Source: Octopus sinensis (lineage: Eukaryota). From it: 64,000 nucleotides of DNA. The stretch is taken from the NCBI RefSeq assembly GCF_006345805.1, contig NC_043017.1, positions 7,812,001 through 7,876,000 of the forward strand. The letters run 5' to 3'. Shown here in pieces: positions 39,571-53,035 of the stretch. Position 1 is the stretch's first letter. Each line of letters opens with the position of its first letter. The notes beneath the pieces are model-generated. The model saw only the letters and a list, made by a program, of their open reading frames with translations. It was not told the origin of the DNA and did no database searches. Both the position numbers and the translations under genes were made by a program.

Positions 39571-40093
39571 TTCCGGAATAATATATCACCATCATATATC
39601 ATATGTTATGGAATTCCCTTTACTACTTTCTATTCAATACATCAACATTTATATATTGTGACACCCCATGTATAACATTGCTTGAACACAGGGTTGCTAA
39701 GAGACCCTTTACAATATTACTTGAACAGGAGATTGCTGAGACTACTTGATGGATATATGTCAGTGGAAATGATTGTCATTATTTTATAATTCACTATTTC
39801 TACACAATACATATATAAAAACATCCATTGTTTGGAAATGATAAGCACACAAATAGCAGACAGTTGATTGTGAGTAAAGTCAGTCGGTTCTTCTCTGGTC
39901 TATCTAGTGGCTGACACTGGAATATTTTTTCTTTGTTATTGTGAATTGGATTTTACCAAATTATTATTATTATCATTACCACCAACATTTTACCACTTTG
40001 GACATCACTAACAAGTTCATTGTTATTCTACTCACTGGATTAAATTGGTTAAAATAAACGAAAATCTCAATGTAGTACATATCTTTGTGAAAA

Positions 40094-41467
40094 ATGAGTT
40101 GTAACTCTAAGGAACAAAACTGTTCTGAAAGTTTTCTTCTTGTTCCAGAAAACTCAATTAAAAATTGTGAGATTACACACAACCATATTTCTGATAATTT
40201 GCACATACTGAAAGAGCTTTCCAAATCACCGAGCAAAGTGATGGGTGCTGATAAATCTATCTCAGATTTACACGTTCAGACTAACGGTACTCAAACCAAC
40301 AGTTCAAACACTAGAATATGTTCCACATGTTTTTCTGAATATAACATTGTTAGTCGTGATAATAATGTGGATGAACCAGAATTCAGTCTTGTCTGTAGAC
40401 TTTGCCGACTTGAAGGAGGACTTTACCACATACGGAAACAGATAAAATCTCTTGAGGACTGCAATGAAGAATTGAAACAAGAAATATCTAAATTACACCA
40501 AGATAATAATGAACTGAAATGGAAGTGTCATGAACTGGAAGGTTGTGTGGAATATTTAGAGAGCCGTATTGAACACAGTCAGGCAGTTGACATTTCTATA
40601 GAGTGTTCAGATCCATCACCAAAGCATCAAACTCCTCCAGGAATAGATGTTACTGATTGGATAGACTTTAGTCCTGATTGCTTTAACAACCCCAAAAGTA
40701 GTTTGTATGTACCATCTCCTCGCCGAACATCATCAACAAGTCCATGTCCAAGTGTGGTATGTTCTCAGCATTGTTTGAGTTCATGTGCATCATCATCTTG
40801 GAGTAAAGACGAGTGTAATCATTTACATAATAATTGTTGTAAAATTCAAGAAAATGGCACAAACTTTGAACAAGGATTTGGTAATAAAGTTCTTATCATT
40901 GGCTGTTCAGTTATTAAACATGTATGGGGAGGTGGTGTGAAAAACATGGCTCGGCAAAGTATCAGTCATATTGATATAAGGAGTTTTAATAATGCTTGTA
41001 TTGAAAAAATTTCTGAAGAAGCGATTAAACTGACAAAGAATGGTGATTATAAAGGAATAATTGTTCATGCTGGCGGCAATGATCTTGCTGAGACAAGTTC
41101 AGCAGAGCTGGTTTCCCATAAAGTTGGAGCAATGTTGGAACAAATTAAATTATCTGTTCCAAAAGGGACGAAAATCATGTTTTCTTCCATTCTTCCTAGA
41201 AGTGGAATGTCTTGGGAATGGAACCGTAAAACTAATGTTACAAATTGTTGCTGCATGCGTGCATGTCAGGTTCGTGGTTTTGCATTCTTAGACAATTACA
41301 GTGCTTTCTGGACTGATGGTGGTGTGAATAAGGAATATTTATCAAGAGACGGAATACACCTCAGTAAACTTGGGTCTCGTGCTCTGGCAACCAATTTTAG
41401 TATTGGCATTCGAGTTCTTTTTTGTAAAGATGCCAGGGATTCTCGGGTGATATTACCCAGAAACTGA
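40094..41467 (+). CDS. Intronless 457-aa LINE ORF1-like protein: C4 zinc finger, leucine zipper and SGNH (GDSL-like) esterase domain; no ORF2
   Basis: Uninterrupted ORF. CSTC (aa 76-79) and CRLC (101-104); heptad leucines at 120, 127, 134, 141, 148 and 155; Ser/Pro/Cys-rich linker; SGNH blocks VLIIGCS (266-272), HAGGND (325-330), SSILPR and DGIH (419-422). This domain order is established for CR1/L2-type ORF1. AATAAA at 41590. Confidence 0.85.
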   Translation: MSCNSKEQNCSESFLLVPENSIKNCEITHNHISDNLHILKELSKSPSKVMGADKSISDLHVQTNGTQTNSSNTRICSTCFSEYNIVSRDNNVDEPEFSLVCRLCRLEGGLYHIRKQIKSLEDCNEELKQEISKLHQDNNELKWKCHELEGCVEYLESRIEHSQAVDISIECSDPSPKHQTPPGIDVTDWIDFSPDCFNNPKSSLYVPSPRRTSSTSPCPSVVCSQHCLSSCASSSWSKDECNHLHNNCCKIQENGTNFEQGFGNKVLIIGCSVIKHVWGGGVKNMARQSISHIDIRSFNNACIEKISEEAIKLTKNGDYKGIIVHAGGNDLAETSSAELVSHKVGAMLEQIKLSVPKGTKIMFSSILPRSGMSWEWNRKTNVTNCCCMRACQVRGFAFLDNYSAFWTDGGVNKEYLSRDGIHLSKLGSRALATNFSIGIRVLFCKDARDSRVILPRN

Positions 41468-43988
41468 TAACTGATAAACACAAACAGTACTGACTATAAC
41501 AACTACAGAATCATGACCATGTAATATTCTACTAATATTTCCAAAATTAGACTGTGACTACTTTTTTCTATAAATTTCTAATTAACTTAAATAAACAAAT
41601 TATGTATATTTCTAATTATATTCCAGTTACTCTGTTTAACATCATTTAACTATGTCTGCTGCATCCAAGAAAAGGGGCAGGGAGACCTCCTTGCTTCCTT
41701 CAAAATATAAAGTGTTATTTGGTATAAAAACCAAAAAAACAAAACCAAAACCCCAATATTTTCTGCTGAGATTTTGATATAACAGGAATTTAGTAGAAAT
41801 ATTGTTTTGTCTAATTCATCCCATTTATTATTCCAGTTGCTTTATGGCAATTATTTTCCTCTCTTAGATGCAAAATTTAGTTAAGTGCATTTTGTAAAAA
41901 TGTTAAATTCCATTATTTCTAATGGTGACATTTTTACTGAATTCAATGCTGAAAGTGAATTGAAGTTTCATTCCGTTCCAATCATTGTTTAAATTGCTTT
42001 TGCATTTTTACCTACATTGTAATGAATATTTGCATAAAGTAACATAAATGGAACCAAATAGTTGAAACCATGTCAAAAGTAGGGTAAAAATTTCAATGTA
42101 AATTATGTGGATTGTCTTGAAAAATTTATTTTATAGATTTACTTATATTTTGTAACATAAATGAACCAAATTGTTGAGACCATTTCAGTCACTGGGGAAA
42201 ATATTTGTGAAAATTACATTGAATGTCTTAAAAGTTAATCTGTTTATTCATGTAGGTATATTTAAAATATGCTATTTGTCTAAGTTTATGTTGGAAGACA
42301 TTTTCATTCATGAGTGAGGATCATTTAATTAGTTATTTAGCAAATAAATTTTCTTTTTTTGTAATGGTTTAATAAGATGAGGCAATTTCACCCCTATGAT
42401 CCTTTTTAGGACCTCTATGACTTTTGGAAGGAAGGTATTATCAGGCTAGTTGCAATGGAGTGAACTCTGATAAAATCACTCAAAGGGTCGGATAGTGGTG
42501 TTCAGTTATTCAGTCTAAACCTGAAATCTCAGACATTAATTAACATTATTTATGATTATTACATTTTATTTTAAGCTTCTTACATGGTGTAATAGTGGCA
42601 GTCAATCTTCTGATCGAACCAAGGAAACTGTTTTCATTGATTTTCACTGGTTTTTCATATTGCTGATACTATCTGCCAGTCTCAACTCCTGGCAAAAATG
42701 TCTCTGTTCATTTTTTTGTTTGTTTTTGTTACTGGGTGGAATTTGAACTCGGTATACACAGAGCTAGAACAAATACCGATTCTCTAACAATTCCACTAAT
42801 CCATTGCTAGTTTTTCTTTTTTTTTACATAAAACCAAAAATTTAATCTACATCTTAACAGACAATATTTTTTCAAAGTATTCTGTTTTCTTTTTTTTTTT
42901 TTTGCATTAGTTTTCTTCTATATGAATATCAGCCATTTCTGTTAGATACACACACACACACACTAAAAAAAATAGATAATAAATAAATGTGATTATGACT
43001 TTATAGACTTTCAGTGTTTGTTTCTCAAATTTCTGGTGTTTTCATAGCAATTTGTTAAATAAGCAAATTAAATTTCAATGAAATTTGTTTTTATTAAAAA
43101 AATACATATTTGTACCTTTGTATCCAATTCGTAACTAAATTCTATTTCCTCTACTTAGCTTACTACAGTCTGTACAGTCTCCACTCTATTTTCATTTTAT
43201 GAATTTCTATTTGAATTTCAATAGTTAATTTGTATCTTAACCAATTATCACTGCTTGTGCAAATTTGTTTTCATAATAAAATCCAGATTGAAGCATTCTG
43301 TTAGATATTTGGTTTTTATATCAAATTTACTTTGTCTACATTCTGAACAAAGAATGCTAATATATTACTTCTTAGACTAATACCCGCCGATTCCTACACT
43401 CTCCCATGATTACATCAAAAGCCAGGTTTTTTTCCCCCTCTCTGTGTAATGTGAATAGAAGTTGTGTGCACAAGAGGACAGTTTTGAAATACAATGTTGT
43501 TTCCATGCTTTCTTTGTTTGTTTGTTTTCATATTTACATACACCATTGCAAACAACTAGTTAACAACATTTGCATTTTAATATAATTGCATTATTATTTA
43601 TTCTTTTGTGGGCTTTATACAAGCATTTACTAGGCTGTAGCCCTGGACAAGAGAAGGTAAGGGAGTGAGTAGTTAGTTGCTTACAACTACCTGCATATGG
43701 TGTACATAAAAGCACATTATTTACAAGAAGAAGTGTATGCTTTGTATATATATCCTGGTGCTGAATATATGAAGTGTAGAAGTATATAGATTATAATTTA
43801 AATTACATGGGTAGGCCCACTTTGAATAATAATAGTAGTAGTAATAATAATAATAATGATAATAATAATAATAATAACGATATTATTTTGTTAAATCTAT
43901 AGATTATTAGAAATATTTCATTTTCTCTCAAACACAATTTAAATTATATTTTCAAATGTAATTATTTCTAGAGTATCTCTATTAATAG

Positions 43989-44037
<49 letters not shown>

Positions 44038-44672
44038 TGTGTGTGTGTGTGTGTATGTTAATGTGAGTGGCAATGTATATAATCTAACACATGCATCATA
44101 CACTGCTTCATCAGTATTCTATATGACTGTCATGTAATTTCCCAGTATTCCATATATATATGGTCTATCATAAATTAGTTTTATGTAAATCATTTGATAT
44201 TAGTCTGTCTTGCAGTTCCAAATCATTCCAGATCTTTGCAGACTTTATATGTTTTTCTACTTTCCTTGGTCTTGAAGACACAATTTTTTTTTCCATATTC
44301 ACCAAAATAAATCTCTTCCCGTTTTCCCTCCTCCCACTACTTTTTAGTTTGTTTAAGCATCCAACCCAATGACTTTACATATATGGTTTTCAAAGGATAA
44401 AAATGGCAAGCCCTTTAGATAAGAAACAAATATGAGTGCAGCATGGTTAAATACTTAGGCATCTTGCTGTATATCATATGGTTCTAGGCTCAATCTCATA
44501 GCATGGTACCCAAGGTATTTTACTATAACCTTATATGGAATGGAAAACTGAAAACTGTCCAGAAGCACATTACACACACACACACACACGTTTGTGATTG
44601 TGTGCATGTGGTTTCTATTTATACTTATATATATATATATGCATTATATGCATGCACATATATGTATATACA

Positions 44673-44724
<52 letters not shown>

Positions 44725-44929
44725 GAAGCATTATTGCCATTATTAATAGCATTAATAAGGTAATAATAAGGTGGCTAGCAAGTTCACACCATTACAGGCA
44801 CAATATAAGGTAAATTTAGATTCAGTAAGGTATATAATACCACTTGCTAAAATAGAGCCAATGCTCCGAAAAACCACCATAAACTGATTTTCGCAAGTGG
44901 TATTATATACCTTACTGAATCTAAATTTA

Positions 44930-44978
<49 letters not shown>

Positions 44979-45065
44979 TATATATAGATATGAAGTAAAA
45001 GCAGCTCTGGTGTAATAAAATTGTTAAATACATATACTAATGTATATGCTTTGTGTATTTTCCAG

Positions 45066-45137
45066 TGGCTGCAATGGCGTAGTGGAGTATATAACTTTCA
45101 TGCCGCCAGTGTTAAAACACCTTAATGCCATGGACAG
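45066..45137 (+). CDS. Candidate 72-nt symmetric (phase 2-2) exon, GCNGVVEYITFMPPVLKHLNAMD
   Basis: Acceptor tgtattttcCAG|, donor CAG|GTGAGA, one open frame; no homology recognised. Confidence 0.25.
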
Positions 45138-45315
45138 GTGAGAGAACTCACCCTCAATCCCATTTGGGAGTGATTGACATCAATATTTCACTATTTTTGT
45201 GGCTTATCAACACCACCTATTCGCCTGGGTCAGCTGGCCAGTCCAACGACTTATATGCTCATGGCTTGTAAAATCATGAGCTGGTATGCCTGGAAACTGC
45301 ATACCTAAGAGAAAA

Positions 45316-45621
45316 TATTGTATTGTATTGGCATCCTTTCTGTCTCGGGAGACAATGGAGTTGCGCATGAAGTAGTCTAGTCCGGCTTTTATATTTCATG
45401 TCCTGATACATTTCCTGCTGTGGCTGTGTAGTCCTATCCTGGACAAACACTCCCTCTGGCAGGTACCGCAAATGTAGCGAAAACTGTTCCTGGCTGGTTG
45501 TAGTGCCATAGTCTCTTGTTTACGTCTCTTCCTTTCTTTCCATTTCTCCTCTCTCTCTCTGTCACTCCTTTGTATTCCCTCTTTTACGGTATGTCGCCAT
45601 TCTCCACGGTTGCCGGCAAGA
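45316..45621 (-). mobile_element. RTE-1/BovB-like LINE 3' end
   Basis: AGNRGEWRHTVKEG..YICGTCQRECLSRIGLHSHSRKC (C2H2-like end), then the 3' UTR tccattgtctcccgagacagaaaggatgcc and an (AATAC)n tail. Confidence 0.9.
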
Positions 45622-46884
45622 GAAAATATACTTATGAAGTAAATATATGCATGCACACACATACACACACACAAATATACACATATTTTTTGTTGAGAAA
45701 AATAACTTGCCATTTTTGAGCAGAATGGCTTGTGGTATTTGTTTCACCTGAGTTGTGCAATAAATAAGGCAATCTCCAACACCAAAAAAATCCCCAGTAT
45801 TTAAACTGAAACATTTTCTTTTAAGTTTCTTATATATTTATTAGAATAGTGTCTTCTTGTACCTTTTTGTTTATGTCTTAATCACAATAATTGCTCATTA
45901 AAATCCCTCAAATCCTTGATTCTCTTTGGTACAGTCTTTTGACAAATATTAGAAGATTTCATGTAGAGTGCTCAGCCACTTGCACATTAATTTCACATGC
46001 AGGATGTTCAGTTGATCAAATAAACTGGATCACTCATCATCATAACTGATAGTGCCTTGGGCATGTAGCTTATCTGAATGTTTTATGTAATGCTTTTGTA
46101 GTTCAGTAAATCTTTTGTGATGATAGTCACCTAAAGCTGAATGGATTAGTGCATCATAGCACATGTCAGAGATTTAGGGGTCTTTGTCAGTTGTGAGAGA
46201 TACACTGAGTTGATTTCCATATCAAGTTTAATTTGATGTGATGGTCATGGTGGTGGTGATACAAGTGATTGAAACATGACCATTGTGTGAGTGCTGCTAT
46301 CGTGGCCCAAGACAATAAGAGGACCTAAACTTACCACTACTTCACTTGTTAAGTATAGTGTTACTGCTTCTTACAAACCTAGGGTGCATATTTAAAAACA
46401 GGCCAATGAGGTTATCCATGCATTATCACTTGACCTCTAGAAGTGGCAACCAAACTTCCTTCAAATCATAATCCTGTCATAAACAAGGAAGGACACAATG
46501 CATTCCCTATACACTCCTGAAATGAAGGGTTTGGTCACACCTGTAATGATTTTGGTCATAGGTTTTCTTGATCAGAGTTGATCTGAGGTTATGCAACAAC
46601 ATATTTACACAGTTTGTGCCTGTAATTCAAAGTGTCGGTCTTGTCACATTCCGTATTATATACTAAACATAGCAGATTTTTGAGTGATTCTTGGGTGATA
46701 ACTGTAACACATCACCTCGTTTAACATCCCCACCTGGTCCTTTGGGGGTAAGACTAATATATAACCATGTTTAACACCTGAACACAATCCTCGTTTAACA
46801 CCATACTACCATGCTTGTCCTTGGCTATCTTTAGAATTCACTCTTTTGCTAGCATTTAGATTAAGTCTCTGCTTCTAGTTGCAG

Positions 46885-47135
46885 CAATGTTTGCTCAATT
46901 CACATTACTCTGTAAGGAGCATAGGGCCAGCTTCTCAGTTTCTCTGGTGTATATATATTCCTCTCTGGATGGAACACCAGTCCATTGCAGGATTACTCAT
47001 TTTTACCTGCTGAGTGGACTGGAGCAATATGAAATGAAGTGTTTTGCTCAAGAATACAACTCATTTGCCTAGTCCAGGAATTGAGACCACAATCTTACAG
47101 TCACGAGTCCAACACCCTAACCACTAAGCCATGCA
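46885..47135 (-). mobile_element. tRNA-derived SINE
   Basis: The reverse complement begins gcatggcttagtggttagggtgttggactcgtgactgtaagattgtggtctcaattcc (tRNA A/B boxes), followed by gagcaaaacacttcatttcatattgctccagtccactcagc. Confidence 0.8.
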
Positions 47136-47697
47136 GCAATGCTTGCTCTAAGATATTGACCTGCAGTTGTTCAGGTTAGACAAAAAGTCACCATATCAAT
47201 CTCCTCAGTCCATGAGTATGACAGGCAAAGACCACTGGCATTGCACCTCTTCTCCTGACTTACATTACCCAACAAAAACAAAAGACTCTTGAACTTGTCT
47301 GTCTATTGTAACTGCAAAAACCAAAACAGAAACTCCAACAATATCTAACATTGATTTTCTTACTTTTCTTACTTTTGTTTGTTTGTTTTGTTTTTCCCAT
47401 TGTTGGTCATAATAATAAAGAATGTTGGCTTAGTCGCAGTAAAATATCTGTGTTGCTGGGCTGTGACATACATTAGTTAGTTGAGTGGAGCTGTGCATGA
47501 AAACTCATGGGACTCACATTTAGATTGGAATGGCAAGCAACTCATTCCGACTCTGCACAGTCTTTATAAATAAATCCTGTTTCCACGAAATACAATAATC
47601 CTTCGCTCTTTCCCTTTCTCTCTCTTCCTTTCTCTCTGTCTTTAACACACATACACTCATGTCTGTGCGAACAAATACGGTTATCTCATATATGTTA

Positions 47698-48023
47698 TAC
47701 TAGCAGTATCGCCCGGCGTTGCTCAGGTGTAAGGGAAATAACTATACAGCATTTTTAGAGAGTTATAGCAAAAAAATGGAAAAAAATGATGGTAAATTAT
47801 CCGGTTTGTGTTTCTGATTCTCGACCCCATGTCGAATTTTCGATTTTTTTCAGAACTGGGGGAACTTTCAAAATTTTCGCTGCGTTAGTTTTGAATTATG
47901 ACATTGGGCTATGTGTGTGTCAAGTTTCATCAGAATCGTTGAAAGCTGTGGTCAGGGTGAGGGTACAAGCAAACAGACACACAGAAACACGCACACAAAC
48001 TGCACGTTTATATATAGAGAGAT
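47698..48023 (+). mobile_element. Non-autonomous Helitron/Helentron-like element, young
   Basis: Starts tactagcagtatcgcccggcgttgctc; contains caagtttcatcagaatcg and acagacacacagaaac; ends tttatatatagagagat. CpG-rich relative to flanks. Matches the general architecture of invertebrate non-autonomous rolling-circle elements. Confidence 0.65.
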
Positions 48024-48229
48024 GATATGATAATTTGTTAATTCACACACGTGCGTGCATGCGCATGCACACACACATGTTTATGTATATTACTGTGAGA
48101 GATGTGTTATGTTTATTTCAGTTATATTTGATAATATGTAAACCTTGATAAGAATTAACCTCCCTACCAACTAATTGATCATCCACTTATGGGTTGGTAA
48201 TAGCAACATATCTAAACTTTACTATATCA

Positions 48230-49423
<1,194 letters not shown>

Positions 49424-49619
49424 CGAAATAATAAGACAAAGTAATACTTAAACACATCTTTAATGTTCAGTTACAATTGATTCAGTACCCTCTCTGCTTT
49501 CAATGCAGTGAAAATTGACGTAATATTTGCAGTTTTAGACATTAGAATGGCACCTCAGACTTGCATCAAAGGTGCGGTCTTGCATTGTGCTATATATATA
49601 TAAATATATATATATATAT

Positions 49620-50000
49620 CATGATCAAGTAAATATAAGACTGGTGATGAATGTGGTGATGATAATAATGATTGGTAGTGATGGTGACAGTCACAATGGT
49701 AGTGATAAGAACCATGGTACTGGTAATGATTATCATGATGGTGGCGGGGCTGTTGAACCTGATGGAGATAATCATGATGATTATCAGTAATGATGGTGGT
49801 GGTAGTGGTAATGATCACAAATCATAGTAATGGTGATGAAGGTAATAATCATGGTGGTGTTGGTAATTGTAAAATTCATGATGACGTTGGTAGTAATAAT
49901 GGTGGGGAAGGTAATAATCATGATTATGTTGCTGGTGATGATGATAATGATAATCACGTTTATATGGAGGATATTGTGGAAACCAAGGTTGATTAGTAAT
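49620..50000. repeat. Cryptic trinucleotide repeat (GAT/GGT/AAT/CAT)
   Basis: Decayed gatgat/ggtaat/aatcatgat units; several overlapping low-complexity ORFs. Confidence 0.75.
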
Positions 50001-51874
50001 TGTAATTAAGAATCAAACAATTTGTTGCATGATTTTTGGAAAAGAAACTGAGAGTAGACAGGCTGCTATAATGTTATGTAGACAAGCTGCCAGAAGCTTA
50101 GCAAGAGGGGCATGTGAGGGACAAGTTGACTCCACATACTGGACACAGATTTGAAGGGACACGGAATTTCCTTTGTTAATTGAAGTGAAGGTTACACAAG
50201 TGCCTTTAGCTCCTCCCCAGCATAATGTACTGTTTAGTGGCTGTCTGTGTGTCATGCAAAGTAGACAAGCTGTCACTGTGCCACATCAAATAGGCAAGTT
50301 ACATCTAAGTGAAGTCAGTAAATTAGTTTGAGTTTTGCATTGTAACTGTTTTACTTTGATGTTGACCCTCCAGTGGCATGAATGTCACCTAATCTTCTAT
50401 CTTTCTCTCATAAATCATAGGCATTATGGCTATGAAATAATCAATATGTAACCTATTTCTGTGTGAAGAGTAATATATGTTCACACATATACTCAAGCAT
50501 GTACACATACACTTATATATATTTACGTATGTGTATACGTATGTATACTAAAACATTAACAGTAGTTTTGACAGAAGCCTTGAATAAAATCAATTGTATA
50601 AATACCATAAAATCTCCATCTTACTGGGATTATCACCTTTATATGACTAACTATATATAATCTGCTAATTATAGGCTGGTGTAGTTTTTGTTTTAAGAAT
50701 TCATAATCATATTAACTTATTTCTGACCCCCCCTTACGTTTTACTAAACCAAATTTTTGAGTCTTTAAAAATATTTTCAATTTTGCTGCTTTTTCAAAAC
50801 ACTACTTTTCCTTATTTTCATTTGTAAATATATGTATATATCTATATAAATATTTTAATCATGCTACATCTATTTCTCAATGGTTGGCTAGGAAGGATAG
50901 CATGTTTGTTGGAGCATTTTTGTTTTTTCTTTCACAGCTTGATGCCCTTCCTACCACTAACTGCTACTCAACTGTAATGTATGAATGGAGTGGAGCCTGT
51001 CTAATAGTCAGTCAGTCAAGCAAAAGTTATAGCAGCTGGCCTTTCCTACCATTAACCACTCAACCATATAGTATGAATGAAGTGGAATCTGATTTTATTA
51101 TTTTTGCCAGTTAGCCAGACAGACTGGTGCAAGCAGAGTTATATAGCAGCTTGCCCTTTAACTCTTTCCTTACCATATTTCCAATGAAATACACTGTCTT
51201 TTAAATAATGAGCTTGCACTACAATTTTCCTGAAAAAATTAATTGGGGACAGTAAGCAGACATATAATATGAATAATGTACTCATAGATATATTGTATGA
51301 CTAAAAGGCAGCGTAGTCATGAGTAGAGAAAGCCTAATACTGGATTAGGGCTATCTTGATTCACTCAATACAAACAACACTAAATACAATAATCCAAATA
51401 CAGAGTGGCCACAATTGGAACTTCTTTGGTCTAAATAAGGTCTATTGCAACAGCAATCACCATCTTATCATCTGTATTAATATGAACTAGTAAGGTGATA
51501 GTTTGACCAGTCAAAAAGAACAGCCAAATCTCTTCTCAAATCATCAACATCACTACCACCATCTCCTTTAAGTCCTTGCTTTATGTTGGCATGGTTTGGA
51601 TGGTTTGACAGGAACTGGCAAGACAGAAGACTGCACCAAACTCTACTGTCTGCTTTGGCATGGTTTCTAAGGTTGGATGTCCTTCCTAATACCAACCACT
51701 TTATGGAGTGCTTCCTATGTGGCAGCAACAGCAGTAAGATCATTAAGTAAATTGCAAAACAAGATCCCTCAACCAAAGTGGGGAAGTAGTGTTGAGGGAG
51801 GAGACTTTGAGCCAAATGATGACAGAAATAGATATCTTGCAGTAAAGGAGATGAATGGCAATTTCAGCTGGAGG

Positions 51875-51877
<3 letters not shown>

Positions 51878-51960
<83 letters not shown>

Positions 51961-51978
51961 AGAGAGAGAGAGAGAGAA
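51878..51978. repeat. (GA)n microsatellite
   Basis: Directly visible, about 50 units. Confidence 0.98.
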
Positions 51979-52845
51979 GATGAAGCTGTGATGAAAAGGG
52001 TAACAGTGGATAATGTTGTCTAGGGAATGCTATTTCTGAAAAGTAAACAAACAGGATGGTCATGGTTTGACTGCTTTTGCACATAGCTCTACTTCACTGG
52101 GATTAACTTCAGACTAAACAACATCAACACCAAGCTGACCTGAGCTAAAATATAACCACAACAATAACTCTGTGGGATTAGGAACAAAATCATAAGCCCA
52201 CTTACATCAGAACATGACCTGTAAATTGTTGCCACAACAGATTTAGTCTGGAATGCTATCATTTCTATAAACACTTTGCACCCCTTCCTCTCTCTCTATA
52301 TATAATTTTTTTTTGTTACTTTGATTTCTGGTCACCATACCATTTATTCATTAACAATAATACAGATTTTATGACCATTCCCAATCACTGAAATATTTTC
52401 CAGCTATGCCAGCAATTTAGCTTTTCAATCAGCAAATAGGATTTCATCAGTTTCTCCCTATTTCTCTTCTGGTTATTTTACTGTTTACAATGTGGGTGGT
52501 ATCACTGCCCATCTCTTGTTACATTTATATTCTGAGTAATTTTCATATTCAGAACTGATTTTATTGCTTTAGGGCTATGCCATGGAAAGAGGGATATTTA
52601 GGGTTATAGCATAGTGAAATATTTTGTAGCTATACCAAAAATAGTTAAATATTTACTGCTATGTGATGGATACGGAAATGTTCTGTAGTATATTATGGAT
52701 AGTGAGATGTTTTCTGATATGGATAGTGAAATATGTAGTGAGTACATCATACACAGTGAAATATTTAGGGGAATATAATAGATAGGGAAATAAGATAATC
52801 TGAACATTATAACATTAATGTTATATATATATATATGTATAAATC

Positions 52846-53035
52846 TAGGGTGGGCAAAATTCCTGAGATCCATGGATGAGTTCTCTCCAGCGGTCTTTGT
52901 CCCTCATCATCGCTGCTATGTCCTGTGTCTCCCAGAGACATGTGTCTGTCCTTAGGGCATCAACATATATCATTCTTGGTCTCCCTCTTCTAGTGTGTCC
53001 ATGTAGGGGTCCCACAGGAGCACTGAGTACAGTAT
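52846..53035 (-). mobile_element. RTE/RTEX-like LINE ORF 3' end
   Basis: Manual translation with one small indel: VLLWDP.HGHTRRGRPRMIYVDALRTDTCLWETQDIAAMMRDKDRWRELIHG. Confidence 0.8.

Noticed and set aside
41468-43400. Search for LINE ORF2 (APE endonuclease/RT) behind the ORF1-like gene
   Set aside because: No long frame or recognisable endonuclease or RT motif; the sequence is AT-rich with stops in all frames. Extremely decayed remnants cannot be excluded by eye.
46335-46378. Minus-strand 44-nt exon candidate with a GTAAGT donor
   Set aside because: Stops in all three frames and a weak pyrimidine tract; at best a UTR exon.
46885-47135. tRNA gene
   Set aside because: Only A/B-box-like heads fused to SINE bodies; no complete cloverleaf here or at the other SINE heads.
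49555-49996. His-, Asp- or Gly-rich ORFs that look like metal-binding peptides
   Set aside because: They lie in a cryptic trinucleotide repeat, are open on both strands and have no splice or homology support.
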